Assembly: GCA_965261395.1 (NCBI GenBank)
Contig: OZ253462.1
Span: 5,504,001 to 5,568,000, forward strand
DNA length: 64,000 nt
From: Candidatus Latescibacterota bacterium
GTDB lineage: Bacteria > Latescibacterota > UBA2968 > UBA8231
Direction of reading: 5' to 3'
The position numbers and the translations under genes were made by a program. Shown in pieces: positions 61,911 through 64,000 of the stretch. Under the pieces are notes generated by a model, which worked only from the letters and a program-made list of their open reading frames with translations, searched no databases and was not told the origin of the DNA. Every line of letters starts with the position of its first letter. Positions within the stretch are counted from its first letter, which is position 1.

Positions 61911-63286
61911 ACCCCGGTTGGCGCCTCTTGGCCCCACTCCTAGCCCTCGGCGCCTGTAGCTTGCTCCACGACGAGTTACCCAACGATCCCCCGACCGTGC
62001 ATTTGGCGCGGATGACCTGCCAGTCGCCGGGCAAGGCTTCCCCAGATACCCTGATCAACAGCGCGGATGCGGTCTGCCGAGTCCAGCGCGGCGGCGAGAT
62101 TCGCTTTGAAATCCGCGCGGCCGACGAGGACGACGATCCTGTGTTCTACGAGTGGAGAGCCCCAGCCGGAGGCAGCTTCCGCGATTCGCAAGCCCAAGAG
62201 ACCAACTCTTGGTTCGCCCCCCAAACCATCGCCGGCTCCAGCGAGCAATTTGTCGTGCAGGTCCTCATAACCGACCGCAACTGCAATGTCATACCCGATC
62301 TAGCTGACCGCCAGCGCTGCGCCGAAGACGCACGGGTGCTGGTCGAAAACTTCCTCGTGGAGGTCGTGCAGCGCGAACCTGTGCTGGAAGTAATAGCCGA
62401 CGCTACCAGCGCGTTTAGCGCGCCGCAGACATTTATCGACGCGTTTGGCACCGACCCAGACGGCGATCGGCTCGAATACCATTGGGAGGTCGGACAGGAC
62501 AGCCTCAGCATTTGGTCGGAGGCCATCCGCGACGAGGAAACCGGTCGGCAAATCGGCTCGCGTGCCGTTGTCGTCGCCTTTTTTCCCGGCAGTCATAAAC
62601 TGCGCGTTGCCGCGAGCGACGGCGCAGCGAGCACGGAGCGCGAAATTGCCCTCCACTTTCCAATCGAGCCGCCACTACCAGCTAGCGGCATGGTGCGCCT
62701 GATCCTGCCAACCAACAACCAAGCATACGAGATAGACGCGTACGAGTACCCCAACACCAAGGGCGAGCGGCCCCAGTCCACTTCGTTTTTCCAAGCGGCG
62801 CGCCTGTGCGCGGCCGAGGGCAAGCGCCTGTGCAGCCCCAGCGAGTGGCGTGCCGCCTGTCAAGCCGACCAGATACGGAGCTTTTCTTCGACCGACGATT
62901 TGGCTGCCTACGATGGCCGCGACCACTTTGGCGTGCGCTTCTGCAACGTGCCGGGTTCGGTTTTTTCCCAATTCAGCAGCGACCCAGCCGCACAACTCGC
63001 GCCCTCCGGCTCGTTTCCCAACTGCGGCGGCGCGACCGGCGTCTTTGACTTGACGGGCAATATGGACGAATGGATCGCCGCTGTTGACGACGCCGGCGAC
63101 CTAGCGGTGTACGTCGCAGCAAGCAGTGTATATGCGAGCGGTGCCTGCGACGGCGCGAGCCTTGTGAGCACCCTACCTATCGGAGACCAAGACCCGTACG
63201 ATATAGCGGTTTTAGCGGAAATCCTCGCCGATTCGCCCTTGCAAAACTACGAGCAGCCCCTTCTTGGCTTCCGCTGCTGCCGTTGA
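61907..63286 (+). CDS. Lipoprotein with Ig/PKD-like domains and C-terminal SUMF1/FGE-sulfatase-like domain
   Basis: Lipobox LGAC; IDAYEYPN, RLC...EW..AC, DLTGNMDEW and GFRCC motifs. Confidence 0.75.
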   Translation: MNPGWRLLAPLLALGACSLLHDELPNDPPTVHLARMTCQSPGKASPDTLINSADAVCRVQRGGEIRFEIRAADEDDDPVFYEWRAPAGGSFRDSQAQETNSWFAPQTIAGSSEQFVVQVLITDRNCNVIPDLADRQRCAEDARVLVENFLVEVVQREPVLEVIADATSAFSAPQTFIDAFGTDPDGDRLEYHWEVGQDSLSIWSEAIRDEETGRQIGSRAVVVAFFPGSHKLRVAASDGAASTEREIALHFPIEPPLPASGMVRLILPTNNQAYEIDAYEYPNTKGERPQSTSFFQAARLCAAEGKRLCSPSEWRAACQADQIRSFSSTDDLAAYDGRDHFGVRFCNVPGSVFSQFSSDPAAQLAPSGSFPNCGGATGVFDLTGNMDEWIAAVDDAGDLAVYVAASSVYASGACDGASLVSTLPIGDQDPYDIAVLAEILADSPLQNYEQPLLGFRCCR

Positions 63287-63302
63287 TCCCAGATTCCCAG
63301 CC

Positions 63303-64000
63303 ATGGACCAAGAACAACTCCGCCACCTGCTAGAACAAGTCGCCACCGGTGATCTCGCGCCGAGCCAAGCCTTAGAGCGGCTTAGAAACCTGCCCTTTGA
63401 GAACCTTGGGTTCGCCCACGTCGATCACCACCGCGCCCTGCGCACTGGGTTCCCGGAAGTCATTTTCGGTCAAGGCAAGACCTCTGAGCAGGTGCTGGCC
63501 ATCGCCGAGCGCATAATCGCATACGGTGCACAGATGTTGGCCACTCGCGTCGAAGCGACCACGGCCCAAGCACTCGTCGAGCGCTTTGACCACGCCGAAC
63601 ACGACCCCCTCGCCCGCACGGTCCTGGTACCGGGGACCAAACGACCCACGCCCGAGGGCCTAGTGGCCGTAGTTGCAGCCGGCACCTCGGACTTGCCTGT
63701 GGCCCGCGAAGCGGTCGTCACGGCCCGCGCCATGGGTGCGCAGGTCGAGGAGGTTTGCGATGTCGGCGTCGCCGGCCTGCACCGGCTCCTAGCGTACCGC
63801 GAGCTCTTGCAGCGGGCGCAGGTCATCGTCGTGGTCGCCGGGATGGAGGGCGCACTCGCCAGCGTCGTCGGCGGCCTGGTGGATGTTCCGGTCGTGGCCG
63901 TGCCAACTAGCATAGGTTACGGCGCAAGTTTCCACGGCCTCGCCGCCCTCTTGGCCATGCTCAACTCCTGTGCGGCCGGCGTGGTTGTCGTCAATATCGA
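63303..64000 (+). CDS. larB: Nickel-pincer cofactor biosynthesis protein LarB (PurE-like), partial at window edge
   Basis: Not in the ORF track. Manual translation: MDQEQLRHLL...FAHVDHHRALRTGFPEVIFGQGKT...AGTSDLPVA.EA...DVGVAGLHRL...AGMEGAL.SVV...VPTSIGYG...MLNSC..GVVVVNI. Confidence 0.92.
   Translation, partial: MDQEQLRHLLEQVATGDLAPSQALERLRNLPFENLGFAHVDHHRALRTGFPEVIFGQGKTSEQVLAIAERIIAYGAQMLATRVEATTAQALVERFDHAEHDPLARTVLVPGTKRPTPEGLVAVVAAGTSDLPVAREAVVTARAMGAQVEEVCDVGVAGLHRLLAYRELLQRAQVIVVVAGMEGALASVVGGLVDVPVVAVPTSIGYGASFHGLAALLAMLNSCAAGVVVVNI

Noticed and set aside
61907-63286. FGE/C-type-lectin-fold protein as a diversity-generating retroelement target
   Set aside because: No reverse transcriptase or template-repeat copy of its 3' end is seen in the window.

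Overview
This is a GC-rich, gene-dense bacterial window with no rRNA, tRNA, CRISPR array or transposase visible. The gene content suggests a diderm of the Latescibacterota/Poribacteria/FCB-adjacent type (inference). The left ~34 kb is a cell-envelope island. One minus-strand operon encodes a DOMON/CBM9-like protein, a lipoprotein, a PorV/PorQ-like barrel, a 1083-aa TPR protein, ExbB, ExbD and a TonB-like protein. A divergent operon encodes a large secreted protein with a C-terminal FlgD/T9SS-B-like domain, a GT-C+TPR glycosyltransferase, and two CRTAC1/ASPIC-UnbV proteins flanking two TPR lipoproteins. A second minus-strand module repeats the DOMON-like and lipoprotein families and adds two more FlgD-CTD proteins, a 916-aa putative barrel, a parvulin PPIase and an SGNH hydrolase. 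Three exported proteins end in a shared short V[ED]xx[ST]WG[RK][LIV]K tail. Together these look like a non-canonical, T9SS-like export or surface-display system possibly powered by ExbBD-TonB; this is a hypothesis. The middle holds a galU-larA-led envelope operon. The right part is mostly housekeeping and metabolism: PfkB/HldE-like kinase, acyl-CoA synthetase, enolase-superfamily enzyme, two M19 dipeptidases, ilvBN, a TonB-dependent receptor, ppdK, parAB and larB. All calls come from reading motifs by eye; no database searches were run.
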